Assembly (NCBI RefSeq): GCF_006345805.1
Contig: NC_042998.1
Coordinates: 138,694,001 to 138,758,000, forward strand
Length of the DNA stretch: 64,000 nucleotides
Origin: Octopus sinensis
Taxonomy: Eukaryota
Direction: 5' to 3'
In this document: in pieces, positions 13,391 to 28,426 of the stretch
Layout of the letters: each line of letters opens with the position of its first letter
Numbering within the stretch: the first letter of the stretch is position 1
Made by a program: the position numbers and the translations under genes
Notes under the pieces: model-generated
What the model was told of the DNA's origin: nothing
The model's database searches: none
Seen by the model: only the letters and a program-made list of their open reading frames with translations

Positions 13391-14620
13391 TATTGGATTG
13401 GTGCATAATTAACGACCGTTTTTAAAATTCTAGATTTATTCGAAAATAAGACATCAAAGTACGGTAAAGATATTTTAAAATGATTATTCTGGAGCGTAGT
13501 CACCATCTACTTCAATAACTACTTCCTATTTGCTTAGCAAACGGTCGATTCTACGCGTAAAACATTGATGATCAGTGGACACAATCCACGTTTGAACGTC
13601 ACCTACAAGACCACCCAAATCCTTGTAGATTTTACCTGCCTTCCAATTTTTTTAACGGACGATTGACGTAATAGTCTGCAGGAACTTCAGTAGGAGAATA
13701 TAGTGGGTGCTCATGTAGCTCTCATCTTTTGTCTTTGATTGCTTGATTTACCCGCCGTTTGACATCTTGTCTCGCGTTGTCATAGTGAAAAACGATGTTA
13801 TTCTTCTTTTGAGGACGTTTGGCTTTGATAGCAGCTTCCAAGCGGTCGAGTTGAGCCAAATAATCGTCACTGTTGGCGCAGTGCTGATTTTTTCCCATTT
13901 CTGTCAGTAATAGGCTATTCACATCTCTTATCGTTTTCATCTCACCAATAACAGAAACATTGTTGACGAACTTGCGCGATGATTTCCCAGTGAATAATCC
14001 CAGAACGATCCGACCATGCACACCTTATGGCCTTCTCGTGGTAAAAGTATTTTGGAATTCTTTTGGGAGATCGGTTGCGGTTAATGCACTCTTTTTTTTT
14101 TTTTTTCATTTAGTGTCCCTGAAGAGTAAGCACGACTCATCGCTAGTGACAAGAAACTGGAGATTTTGTTTATTTCGCTGAAGTAGCTGGTTGAAAACGC
14201 GGACTCGCTCGGCCTTGTGATCGGAAATGACATGCGGATCCCATCCAGCCACTTTCCATATTTTCCCAAGCTTTTTGAGTCGCCTAACAATGGTGGAATG
14301 ATCGACTTCGAATTGTTGAGCCAGCATTTGTGTCGATAAAATTTTATCTACTTCCACCGCTTGCAAAAGAGCTTGATGATCAAAATCAGATGAACGACCT
14401 CTACCTTTCTCATCTTCTAAGCTTTTGTTGCCGGATTTGAAACACTAAAACCATCTTCTAACTTGTCTTTCACCGATATTCCGTCACTGAAGAGAGCGCT
14501 GAGATCGTGAAATACTCAACGATAGTGTGACTTTTCTCAAAGTCATAAAGCAGGATATGACGCATATAAGCCTAGTTATTGACTCTCATTGCGAAAGGAA
14601 TAAATAAAAAAAGAAAAAAA
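13391..14620 (-). mobile_element. Decayed mariner (DD34D) transposon
   Basis: Frameshifted transposase from ATG at about 14565: HTH region, WDPH (WVPHEL-like), VTSDE, FHYDNAR, YSPT..PADY; left end ttggattggtgcataatt. Confidence 0.85.
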
Positions 14621-14752
14621 AACGATCGTTTGTTAAATTAATTTAAAATACAACTGTTGTAAATTTATTATTTTATTTATTTATTTATTTTACTCGGCAG
14701 AATTTACAAAATGATTCAAGGGTCGAGAGTTTCAAGTGCATGACACTTGTAA

Positions 14753-14785
<33 letters not shown>

Positions 14786-14790
14786 ACACA

Positions 14791-14858
<68 letters not shown>

Positions 14859-14968
14859 GTATGTATATATATATACATATATATATACATACACATGTAT
14901 ATATCTATGTACATATATATGTAATGTAATTACATTTTATGTGTGTGTGTATGTATGTATGTATGTAT

Positions 14969-15012
<44 letters not shown>

Positions 15013-15134
15013 TCATTTATTTATTTATTCATTTTACTCGGCATAAGTTACAAAATGATTCAGGGCCGAGTGTTTCAAGTGTAAGTACCACACAAACACA
15101 CACACACATGCACATTCACACATATGTATCTATA

Positions 15135-15171
<37 letters not shown>

Positions 15172-15468
15172 ATATATATATGCATATGTATATATATGTA
15201 TATAATGTGTATTACATAGATCATATATATATTATTTATATTATATAGATCTTATATATATTATACTAGCTGAATATCCCATCGTTGCTAGATTATTTTC
15301 ACAATAGAATGCCCTGGTGGACTTTCGGAATAGCACACCCACATAAGTTGGATTTACTCCGTTTTCAGTTTTCTTTTTCTTTGCAGATGATGAGTGGAAA
15401 GATTTTACGGGAAATATTGGGAACTGAGAGTTCCCACTTTCGGAACTATTTTGTCCATTTTTTTTCAC

Positions 15469-15888
15469 AGGCGCAGGAGTGGCTGCGTGGTAAGTAGCTT
15501 GCTAACCACATGGTTCCGGGTTCAGTCCCACTGCGTGGCATCTTGGGCAAGTGTCTTCTGCTATAGCCCCGGGCCGACCAATGCCTTGTGAGAGGATTTG
15601 GTAGACGGAAACTGAAAGAAGCCTGTCGTATATATGTATATATATATGTATATATGTGTATGTGTGTGTGTTTGTGTGTGAGTGTTTGCCCCCCTAGCAT
15701 TGCTTGACAACCGATGCTGGTGTGTTTACGTCCCCGTCACTTAGCGGTTCGTTAAAAGAGACCGATAGAATAAGTACTGGGCTTACAAAGAATAAGTCCC
15801 GGGGTCGATTTGCTCGACTAAAGGCAGTGCACCAGCATGGCCGCAGTCAAATGACTGAAACAAGTAAAAGAGTAAAAGAGTAAAGAGT
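15469..15888 (+). mobile_element. SINE family A, full length
   Basis: aggcgcaggagtggctgcgtggtaag through to an agtaaaag tandem tail. Confidence 0.9.
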
Positions 15889-16141
15889 ATATACTTAAAA
15901 ACAATGGGAGACGTCTTTCAGGTGTAAAAAAAATGTGAAAATTTATGAACTTTTTCAAACCCTCTTCCCCAACTCAGTATCAGTTTTGGCCAATACTGTT
16001 TACGGTATAAGTACTTAAAAACGACGAGAAAAACCTTGGAGGTTATAAAAAAATGGTTGGTAAAGATGTATTGTTGATATGCTGTGATTTTATCCGCTAC
16101 TTCCGAAATCCGTTATATGGAGGTCCATAGTACCGAGGAAT

Positions 16142-16178
<37 letters not shown>

Positions 16179-16201
16179 CACATACACACGCACACACATA
16201 C

Positions 16202-16234
<33 letters not shown>

Positions 16235-16296
16235 TGTATGTATGTATGTATACATTATGTATGTATGTATGTATGTATGTATGTATGTATGTATAT

Positions 16297-16645
16297 GCGC
16301 AAGCATGGCTGTGTGGTATGAAGCCTACATCCCAACCACATGGTTCTCAGTTCAGCCCTGCTGCGTGGCACTTTCAGAAAGTGCTTTTTTACTATAGCTT
16401 CGAGATGACCAAAACCTTGAGTGCGGATTTCATAGATAGGAAACTGAAAGAAACCCGTCCTATATATATATATATATATATATATATACTGATATACTGG
16501 TGTTTGCATCCCCGTAACTTAGCAGTTCGGAAAAAGAGACCAATAGAACAAGTACTAGGCTTTAAAAATAAGTACTGGTATCGATTCATTCTACTAAAAT
16601 TTCAAGGCAGTGTCCCAGCATGGCCGCTGTCCAATGACTGAAACA
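16297..16645 (+). mobile_element. SINE family A, diverged
   Basis: Colinear with the 15469 copy. Confidence 0.8.
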
Positions 16646-17242
16646 CGCAATCCCGCTCTCTCTCTCTCTCTCTCTCTCCTCTCCCTCCCCCTCCTGAATT
16701 CTTTTGTTCCTCTTTTTCTCTCTCTTCTCTTCTCACGTGACGGAGTGGCCAGACAGCAAGTCCTTTTGCATCTGACCGCGGTCACTGCTATATCGATATT
16801 CTTCCCCGTGTTCGTGAAAGTTTTGTTTCTCTGCTGTAAGGCTTCATTTCCACACACGCCAGCTGAATTCAATTCGTCCCCAGTCGAAAGACGCCTGTTG
16901 TTATGTCCTGTTATTATTATTATTATTGTATTTTTGTATTTATTGTATATTTATTGTATTTTTGTGTTTATATTCGTGTAACATTGTCTGTTTTTCCGTC
17001 CTTGTTTTCGTATACATTCGATGCTTTTTTTCTCCAAGGAATCTAATGCTCTTAGCTTAGTTTTTCCTTGAGACTGGCTAGATTGGAGCAATCTCAAGAT
17101 TAATCAGCCGAAATTGCGAGGATGATCCGGTTCTTGAATGAGGATAAAAGGCTTGTTTTTTTGTATCGTCTATCTGGCTGTTTTGTTGTCCCTTTTTGTA
17201 TTACCTAGTTGTCCGGATGTTTTGCGTTCTTGTCCCATTTTG

Positions 17243-17293
<51 letters not shown>

Positions 17294-17301
17294 ATAATAC
17301 A

Positions 17302-17332
<31 letters not shown>

Positions 17333-17391
17333 CTAATAATATATTATCTATAATACATACATACATACATACATACATACAATACATACAT

Positions 17392-17460
<69 letters not shown>

Positions 17461-17468
<8 letters not shown>

Positions 17469-17597
17469 GTAACAAGTGAAAAAACTACAGAAGGCTTAAA
17501 GGTTAAAAAATATATATATTTGAGTCAATATGTCTGAAATATATTTTTTAGCCTTAAGCACCTTCTGTAGTTTTTTCACTTTTTACTATTTTCTATA
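17461..17597. repeat. ~55-bp-arm inverted repeat between (TA)n tracts
   Basis: aaaatagtaacaagtgaaaaaactacagaagg..aaaaaatatat pairs with 17540-17597. Confidence 0.85.
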
Positions 17598-17633
17598 TAT
17601 TCAACCACGTGCTTTCACAAACCAACTTTTTAA

Positions 17634-17679
<46 letters not shown>

Positions 17680-17855
17680 TATAGATATATATATATATAT
17701 ATATACTTTGGGTATGATAGATGAGTTCAGTAAAAATTTAGATTCAGATGAATATGGTACTTAAGTTGAGGCACCAGAATTTAGTACGGTATTGTCCATA
17801 CACTTTCAAGTAAGGCAATTTAAATAAAAATAAGCAACAAGGATATCCAGAGGTA

Positions 17856-17944
17856 GTGCAGTACGATTGTTTCATGCAACTCCATTTAATTGAACAATGC
17901 AATCATTACATCAATTTAAAATGCAGAGCAATCTTCAGCTGCAC
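17856..17944 (-). ncRNA. Type I minimal hammerhead ribozyme-like motif
   Basis: GTGCAG-CTGAAGA-stemII-GAAAC AATC GTA-CTGCAC on the minus strand. Confidence 0.55.
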
Positions 17945-18254
17945 AAAGACATAGAATTTAATTAAATTAGAATAGATGGATACATTACTATAATTATACC
18001 TAAAATCTCCAAGAAGTTAAGGAGATAGACAAAGAAAATGCTGTCTCACTCCAGTTTGGAAGTTACGAAAACTGAGACGGAATACATCAAAATGGCGAGG
18101 AGGCTAATAAAGTCAAAGCTAAATGGTCCGAATCTAGTGAAGGCTGTAAATACTTGGGCAATATCATTACTTAGAGTAACTTCTAAACTGGAATGAGACA
18201 GCATGTTATACTAATGTGTCCACCTGTTCTAATTTAACTAAATTCTATGTCTTT

Positions 18255-18319
18255 GTGCAGCTGAAGATTGCTCTGCATTTTAAATTGATGTAATGATTGC
18301 ATGAAACGATCGTACTGCA
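18255..18319 (+). ncRNA. Type I minimal hammerhead ribozyme-like motif
   Basis: TGCAG/CTGCA stem I, CTGAAGA core, GAAA, palindromic stem III ACGATCGT, GTA cleavage triplet; first pair of stem II is non-canonical (U.U). Confidence 0.65.
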
Positions 18320-18657
18320 TTACCTCTGGATATCCTTGTTGCTTATTTTGATATATATATATATATCAATATTTAGTTCATCCATAGCAGTACCAGTACC
18401 AGTTGATAGAATTTATTATACATATGTTTCAGAATAAAGCGCTAGGTGAGTACAGAGCGTAATAAGTAGTAACTAAATGAAAAGGAAGTAGAAATGACAT
18501 AATTACGTTCATTAGCTAACAACAGTTTCTCTTTTAAGAAGCAGCGCGCTTAGCTCTCAGTACTCTGCTCCTAATAACAGAAAGAACTGTATGAATAGAG
18601 CTAAATAAATAGAGTTGATTATGTCACTCCTGTTCCCTTGTCATTCATTTAACACAT

Positions 18658-18698
<41 letters not shown>

Positions 18699-18939
18699 CA
18701 CATGCACGCACACACACATATGCAAGCACACAAACACATACAAATATAGTTTAATGAAATAAATTACCCACTCTATTGCATAGCATATGAGTATCTGTTT
18801 TTTTTTACTGACTCATAAAAAATTGGACAACTTGGACACTGCTATATCGCTATATCATATAAAGTGTGTATTGCACTAGACCACTTACGATTTGTGCATT
18901 ATAGCACTCCTGGCACTACGCTCTTTATAGTCTGTAAAT

Positions 18940-19009
<70 letters not shown>

Positions 19010-19099
19010 GCATCACAACAAACCACAGCATATAACCAAGGCATACAGAGCTGCGCTCGGTAGTGCAGTGAAAGCATGTACTAAAAATAAGACTACTGA

Positions 19100-19166
<67 letters not shown>

Positions 19167-19173
19167 AATAATA

Positions 19174-19234
<61 letters not shown>

Positions 19235-19323
19235 TAATAATAATAATAATAAGGATTTGGCCTAGATCAGTGTGCAATATTAGTCATTAGGCATAGATAA
19301 GAGTGCCGTATTAGTCATTAAGT

Positions 19324-20670
19324 ATGGAATTTGGCATACATAACTGTACAAAATTAGTCATGAAAAGGGGACAGGTAGTCAACAGTGAAGGCATCCAATT
19401 ACCAAATGGCCACACATTAAAATCATTGAAAGAAGGAATTAGTTATAAGTATCTAGGAGTATTAGAAGCTGACAGAGTGATAACTGAAGAAATGAAAACG
19501 AAAACTGAGAAGGTACATCAGAATGGCGAGGAAGCTAATGAAGTCAAAGCTAAATGGTTCGAATCTAGTGGAGGCTGTAAATACTTGGGTAGTATCATTA
19601 CTTAGATAATGAGCTGTATCATTACTTAGATTGGACAAAAGCTGAATTAGAAAAGTTAGACAGAAGAACTAGGAAGGAATTCAATATGAATGGAGGACAT
19701 TACCCAAGAGCAGGAGTAGCAAGATTATACTTACCTAGAAAGGAAGGTGGAAGAGGCTTAATATCAGCAGAAGACTGTGTGGAGTTAGCTAGAATAAATA
19801 TAGACTTTTTTGTGGGTAATAGTGAAGAAAGTTTATTAAGAGCTGCTAGAGTCACAGCAAGACATAGGTAACCAAAACGCCAGACGAAGTTAAAAACCAA
19901 AAAGAAAGAACAAAAGTTATTTGACTGGCAGGAGAAGTCTTTGTATGGTAGATTCCTAAAGATAGCTTTAACAAATAGTTGTAGTGAGAGATGGTTATGG
20001 TTTCAGAATGAGGGAGACAGAAAATTTGTCAGTAGCAGCACAAGATCAAGCACTAAAGGCTAATTGGATAAACGCCAAGGTATACAAAACCCAAGTAGGT
20101 TCTCAATGTAGAATGTGTCACTCATATAGTAAGTGGATGTAGCATGCTGGTAGAGAATACAAGAAAAGACATGACAGCCTAGGGAGAACAATCCACTGGA
20201 AGCTACGTAGAAAGTTAGGATTTGGTTATACTGATAAATGATATGAACATGAATCTAGTAAAGTACTAGAAAATAAGAAATATAAGATGTGGGATTTTAA
20301 CTGACAGAGAAATAGAATCTAGAAGGCCTGGTTTAGTAGTAGTAGATAAAGAGAATAGAAAGTGCCAGATAATTGACTTTACAGTCCCAAATGCTGAAAA
20401 AAAAATCAATATGGGAGGTATAGGAAAATAGCAAAGTAACAGAACCTAACCATTGAATTACCGAGACGGGTAAAATGTATCCCAGTAGTTATAGGCGTAT
20501 CAGGAACTAACCCTAAAGATTTGAACAGATGGATAGAGGAAATAATACAGCTGCAGAAAAGAGTGTTATTAGGGACAGCTAGGTTACTTAGGAGAGTTCT
20601 TAGCATCTAAGGTTACTTGTTGTAGCCCGATGTTAGGAACTTTTCTTTTCCAACAATCTAATCTGTTGTG
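19324..20670 (+). mobile_element. R4/Dong-like (RLE) non-LTR retrotransposon, 5'-truncated and decayed
   Basis: FG..C.KLVMKRG, YKYLGVLEA, LYLPRKEGGRGL, zinc-knuckle and RLE remnants; lies among (TAA)n tracts. Confidence 0.9.
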
Positions 20671-20697
20671 TTTAATATTATTATTATTTTTATTATT

Positions 20698-21248
20698 GAG
20701 TGAGAGAGCAGTTCATGCCATCAAAGTGACACTGGGGTAAAATATACGAAGCCCAATATACCCATCAGGACTACCCGTCTGATAAGGGTACACCAGGCAC
20801 ATGCATCACAACCATATGTGCGCGACATGGTGATCTCATATCAAGATAAACAGCGCATGACCTTGTAGGTGGGCCCAGTTAGAATTTTCTTCAGGTTGAG
20901 TAGCCCATCCCACTCAAAAGGTCCCTGAATAAGGGTTGTTTAAGGATGTTGAAAGAACCACCCATGTTTCCAGAGGTGAATTATTCAAAGCCAAAGAATC
21001 CCTCTCAACACATGGCTATGATGCTCCCCCACTACTTCTTGCTCGTGATCAGAGATGCACATATCGTCGCCACTAAGGGACATGCTCAACTGGTTAAGGT
21101 CAAACAACTGACAAGCAAATCTGTGGTATTGAGCAGAATATTTGCTGTAGCCCATCTTTTATACCAAGACAAAACAATGTACATATAACACTTCCAATCA
21201 GTTAAGATCAGAAGCCATGAGAGCCACTGCCTGGTACTGCATCAGGGC

Positions 21249-21249
<1 letters not shown>
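20698..21249 (-). mobile_element. ~550 bp (TAA)n-associated element, full length
   Basis: Reverse complement of 25623-26177; TTA tracts on both sides. Confidence 0.9.
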
Positions 21250-21344
<95 letters not shown>

Positions 21345-21409
21345 AACAATAATAATAATAATATAATAATAATAATAATATAATAATAATAATATAATAA
21401 TAAAAAATT

Positions 21410-21787
21410 TTAAAAAATGCTTTCTAATTGATGTATCAATACCGCAGATGACAACGTGTCTCTAAAAAAATGGAGAAACTCTCAAAATACAAAGACCTGG
21501 AAATAGAGGTAACTAGAAATGTGGAACCTGAAAACAGAAACAATTCCTATCATAGTAGGTGCATTAGGCATGATAAAAAAATATTCAGACAAATACATAA
21601 CAAAAACACCAGACTTACAAACACATATACATACAGAAATTTCACTACTAGGCACTGCACACATCCTACGCAGAACACTTCCATACAATAACCATCAGAG
21701 CATCACAACAATCACAGCACATACCCAAGGCACACAGAGCTGCGCTCGGTAGTGAAGTGAAAGCACGCTATAAAAATAAAACTACTG
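21410..21787 (+). mobile_element. R4/Dong-like LINE 3' end (second family)
   Basis: EKLSKYKDLEIE..WNLKTETIPIIVGALG..LLGTAHILRRTL; the 3' UTR recurs at 19008-19100; (TAA)n tail. Confidence 0.9.
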
Positions 21788-21822
21788 ATAATAATAATAA
21801 TAATAATAATAAAAATAATATT

Positions 21823-21984
21823 AGGGCCTACCTGCAAGGTCATGCGCTGTTAATCTTGATATGAGATCACCACGTCGCGCACATATGGTTGTGATGCACG
21901 TGCCTGGGTGGTCAGATGGGTATACTGGGCTTCGTATATTTTACCCCAGTGTCACTTTGATGGCATGCACTGCTTTCTCACTCA
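21823..21984 (+). mobile_element. 5'-truncated copy of the ~550 bp element
   Basis: Matches the last ~160 nt of 25623-26177. Confidence 0.85.
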
Positions 21985-22325
21985 AACCTAGCATAGAAGC
22001 AGTTGCTCATGCAGAATTAAAATCCCTAAATCTTCAATGCAATATAGAGAACGTCGTGTATGAGACGGGTATAATGTTCAAACCAGTGGGTCGACGAATG
22101 GACAAAAGAAAGTAGGCGCGGCGGAAGGTTAGCTTGAAGATCCGGATCATCTACCACAAGTCCTCGTTTAACATCCAGATGTTGAATCCACAACTTTAGC
22201 CAGACATATATGGACATTGAATGAAAACACTGCACAACATGACATCAAACGGAAATACTAGAAAATGCAGGTTTTACTTTAACAATGGTTGGAAGTGCAG
22301 GGACTTTTTAAGACAAGATCAAATA

Positions 22326-22915
<590 letters not shown>

Positions 22916-23469
22916 AAGAACTTCTTCCAGCCGAGGGCCTACCTAAGCTTTTAAAGTGGAGCATTTTACCCTTGCCTTCACGAGTGTAGATATATACATC
23001 CTAGTTAGGTACATCATGTGTATAAAGGTTGGTTCTTCCCTTATGGGAAGAGTTAAATGAAGAGTTAATATTCACCTACCGATGTTTCAAATGGTTATGT
23101 ATGACTTCTTGTAAATACCGTTAATTTATATATACAGACTTAGACAAATACATGCGTATACTTGTCCCTACGTCTTTAAAAATAACCCTTACCACGTCCC
23201 ACCCATTTCTCTCACCTCTTCTCTCCCCGTGCTTCTATCCAGCTCGCTCATACCCTATCTATGCTCTACAATCAAATATCCTATAAAACCGAAGAAGACA
23301 TTTTGTCATCTAAATGCTTGCATGGAGGTCACTGGCTAAAAAAAAGGGACAAATCCAAAGGACATAACTTCGTTGGGCTTAATGAGATAGTGTTGTTCTC
23401 TGGTTTTGATATTTCTTTCATCTATGAATTTCATTTCATAGACTGGTTTCACTTGGTTATAATAATAAT

Positions 23470-24068
23470 AGTCCTTTCTACTATAGGCACAAGGCCTGGA
23501 TTTGTGGGAGGGAGATTGTCGATTGCAATGATCCCAGTGTTTCACTGGTACTTAATTTATCGATTCCGAAAGGACGAAAAGCAAAGTCGACCTCGGCAGA
23601 ATTTGAACTCAGAACGTCAAGACGAACGAAATACCTATTTCTATTTCTTTACTATCCATAGAGGGTACAAACAAAGGCAGACAAACGGATTAAGTCGATT
23701 ACATCGACCCCAGTGCGTAACTGGTACTTAATTTATCGATCCCGAAAGGATGAAAGGCAAAGTCGATCTCGGCGGAATTTGAACTCAGAACGTAAGGGCA
23801 GACGAAATACGCCTCCGCATTTCGCCCGGCGTGCTAACGTTTCTGCCAGCTCACCACTTAACAACAACAACAACAATAATAGCCCTCATGCAATACTAGG
23901 CATGCCCTAGGGCGGTATTTCGTCTGTCTTTACGTTCTGAGTTCAAATTCCGCCGAGGTTGACTTTGCCTTTCATCCTTTCGAAGTCGATAAATTAAGTA
24001 CCAGTTGCGTACTGTGATAGACAGACCCCTCCCTAAAAATTTCGGGCCTTGTGCCTAGAGTAGAAAAG
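23470..24068. mobile_element. Family-C SINE copies in opposite orientations
   Basis: Minus copies 23470-23860; 5'-truncated plus copy 23909-24068 flanked by a 17-bp direct repeat aatac(t/c)aggcatgccct. Confidence 0.85.
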
Positions 24069-24217
24069 AATACCAGGCATGCCCTGACGCAATGCCGAAC
24101 ATACCAGGAAAGCTCTGATGCAATAGAAACTACGTGCAGATGCTATCGCATCAGGGCGTAGTTTCAGGATAATAATAATAATAATAATAATAAAATAATA
24201 ATAATATAATAATAATA

Positions 24218-24470
24218 ATAACTGCTCATATCCTACACAAAATACTCTCTATGTAATCCAAAGGTTTAAAACAAACTTTTTTTTATTTTTTTAATTTTTT
24301 TTATGTATTACACATTCACTAGTACAACACCAAAAAAACCCCCAAATATATGGCACACTAGGCATAACAACAACGTGAACTTCCAACCTGTTGTCTCTTG
24401 AGGTCTCTGGGTGAGACTTGGAGCCAACTTGTACAGACATAGAGCAAAAGTCAAACATAGAATAATAATA
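24218..24470 (+). mobile_element. R4/Dong-like LINE 3' end (family of 57777-58875)
   Basis: AHILHKILSM* plus a 3' UTR nearly identical to the reverse complement of 57777-58000. Confidence 0.9.
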
Positions 24471-24480
24471 ACAACAACAA

Positions 24481-24546
<66 letters not shown>

Positions 24547-25083
24547 CCCTGATGCAATACCCGGCACTGGCTCTCATGGCTTCTGATCTTAAATGATTGG
24601 GAGTGTTATCGTGTACACGTTTTCTTTTGGTATAAAAGATGTACTACAGCAAATATTCTGCTCAATACCACATATTTGCTTGTCAGTTGTTTGACCTTAA
24701 CCAGTCGAGCATGTTCTTGGTGGTGGCTGACGATATGTGCATCTCTAATCACATTCAGAAGTAGTGGGGAAGCATCTTAACCATGTGTTGAGAGGAATTC
24801 TTTGAAGTTTGCATAATTCACTCCTGGAAACATGGGTGTTTCGTTCGTCATTTTTAAACACCCCTTATTCAGGGACCTTTTGAGCAGGATGGGCTACTCG
24901 ACCTGAATAAAATTCTAACTGGGCCCCACCTGCATGGTAATACGCTGTTTATCTTCATGTAAGACCACCGTGTCGCGCACATGTGGTTGTGATGCATGTG
25001 CCTGGTATACCCTTATCAAACAGGTAGTCATGATGAGTATATTTGAACCCGTGTCATTTTGATGGCATGTGCTGCTCTCACTC
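24547..25083 (+). mobile_element. ~550 bp (TAA)n-associated element, diverged full-length copy
   Basis: ccctgatgcaatacc..ctctcactcaataat. Confidence 0.85.
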
Positions 25084-25312
25084 AATAATAATAATAATCC
25101 TTTCTACTAAAGGCAAAAAACTTTAAATTTTAGTGGGAAGGGGCTAGTCAATTTGATCGACCTCAGTGTTTCACTGGTGCTTAATTTATCGACCTCGAAA
25201 GGATAAAAGACAAAGTCGACCTCGGCGGAATTTTAACTCGGAACCGTTAAAACGGACCAAATGCGACAAAGAATTTTGCCGGGCGTGCTAACGATTCTGC
25301 CAACTCGCCGCC

Positions 25313-25394
<82 letters not shown>

Positions 25395-25395
<1 letters not shown>

Positions 25396-25499
25396 GTGCC
25401 TAGTGTACCCTTATCAGACGGGTAGTCATGATGGGTATATTGGGCTTCGTATATTTTACCCCAGTGTCACTTTGATGGCATGCACTGCTCTCTCACTCC
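25395..25499 (+). mobile_element. 5'-truncated copy of the ~550 bp element
   Basis: Last ~100 nt only, inside (TAA)n. Confidence 0.85.
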
Positions 25500-26177
<678 letters not shown>

Positions 26178-26281
26178 AATAATAATAATAATAATAGTAT
26201 ACCCATACTTTGATCTAATATTTATTCTTTATTTTTTCTCTGACTCCTAAAAATTGGGGGAAAAATCTATATCTGTATCTA

Positions 26282-26374
<93 letters not shown>

Positions 26375-26472
26375 ATATATATATATATATATATACATAC
26401 ATACATACATACATATATATATATACATACATACATATATATATTATATATATATATATATATATATCTATA

Positions 26473-26521
<49 letters not shown>

Positions 26522-26549
26522 ATTATATATATACATAATATATATATAT

Positions 26550-26596
<47 letters not shown>

Positions 26597-26613
26597 GTGT
26601 GTGTGTGTGTGTG

Positions 26614-26644
<31 letters not shown>

Positions 26645-28050
26645 TGTGTGTGTGTGTGTGTGTATAGGAAAGAGAGGGAGAGGGATGGACACACTTAAAC
26701 ACAAAGACAACTACACGCATACACACGCACACGATCTTGCTCGAAAATATTCATAGCTCCGTAACTGGATTTTTAATTGAACAATCATTTCATGCTTAAT
26801 AATTAATAATTGTTTCTAATTTAAAACATAGATAGTTTTGAGAGGAACATTGTATTTGTTTGGCTGGTACACTGGTTAATCGATCCTGAAAGGGTGTGAT
26901 GCAAAAGTGACCTCGGTAGGATTTGAACCCAGAACGTAGTGAAACGGCAAAAGTGCAGCACGGTATCTGTTTCGATACCTATTTCTTTACTACCCACAAG
27001 GGGCTAAACACAGAGAGGACAAACAAGGACAGACAAACGGAATAAGTCGATTATATCGTTACGCACTGGGGTCGACATAATCGTTTGTCTGTCCTTGTAT
27101 GTCCTCTCTGTGTTTAACCCCTTGTGGGCAGTAAAGAAATAGGTATCTGTTTCGACACACCCTTACTGTGTATGAAGAAAAAAAAGATCGACTAATAAAG
27201 AAAGAAATGCGATTCCAGTTTGTTTTTTCTCTTTTGCTTAAAATGATCATATTGAACTGATGTCGCTAAACTTCCAAATAGTTATATAGGACTTATGGTT
27301 ACCGTTCAATTAACTAAGACTTTCTAAACTCATTGAAAAACAATATTAAAAATGTATCTATTTTTATTCTGGTCTTCAGAAGTGGTGTTATTGAAAGAAG
27401 TGGTGCTGTTTGTTAGCAGCATTGATATTGCTAAAGTTTTTATTTGTGTTGGAACTGCAAAAACAATTGACACTATTAGCGTAATGGCTCCCACCCACGA
27501 GTTACAATAAAAACAATTGTTGTTTTTTTCACTTGTTATTTGTTTTGCTATAGTTCTGCTTTATTCAAGTTCACATTTATCAAAACACATTTCAGCTGTA
27601 ACAACAATCCAGTCTCTTTATCCTTCCTTTTCAGGTTTTTCTTTCAGCTATAAGGTATTCGTGAAGACGCGTCGCCTAGTGGCTGGAGTGTTACGCTCAC
27701 GGTTGTAAGATCTTGGTCTCGATTCCCGGACCGGACGGTGCATTGCATTCTTGAGCAAAGCACTTCATTTCACGTTGCTCCAGTTCACTCTGTTGCAAAT
27801 GAGTTTCTGCAATAGCTGGGAGGTTAAGCCTATGAAGGCCCAGGGTACCGCTCACGGGTGGGATGTGTGGAGAAAGTGTTATTTCAATCACTTATATGCC
27901 TTAGAAGCTGGGTTGAGCTCCGGTTTTGTGAGTTCCAGACTTCATGACTGACCTAAGTTGAAGGAAAATATATTTACATAATTCAAAAAAAATTAATAGA
28001 ATGAGATAAAAATCCAAGGCTTTGAAAGATTTCAGAACATTTATAAATAG

Positions 28051-28099
28051 GTCTTACAGCTGTTTCCGGGATATTTTATATATCCCTCCATCGGAGACG
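28051..28099 (-). ncRNA. Degenerate hammerhead-like motif
   Basis: GTCT-CCGATGGA-GGGATA loop TATCCC-GGAAAC AGCT GTA-AGAC; core deviates from CTGATGA. Confidence 0.4.
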
Positions 28100-28426
28100 G
28101 TGTAAGAGAATGGTTAAGCAATAGTTATTCTAGATAAGATATGAAATAGAGAGTGAAGTGGAGGAATGAAAACAGACGTGAGATATGCAGGGATATTGTA
28201 TCTGCAGTTCCATTATTTAGGCAGAATGGTGTACATATAAGATTCCCAACCTTTAAGTCACTTCAAAAAAACCCTTGATTCAATAACACCGTTTACAAGC
28301 TCTATGCTTGGAATGACCAATTTTAAATACAATTGGAACTTTCAAGGTACAGGAATCATATATATACCATTCTGCCTAAACCCCCTTCTTGTCGATATAT
28401 ATCAGTGTCCATACTAAAATTAACTA

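Larger units (their letters stand above)
17826..18349. repeat. Foldback element with hammerhead-bearing arms and a LINE fragment in the loop
   Basis: Arm pairs 17826-17987/18212-18349 and 18038-18066/18176-18204; loop 18067-18175 matches 19500-19606. Confidence 0.85.

Noticed and set aside
17060-17125. Hammerhead-like ctggc..cagccgaaa
   Set aside because: No recognisable CTGANGA core.
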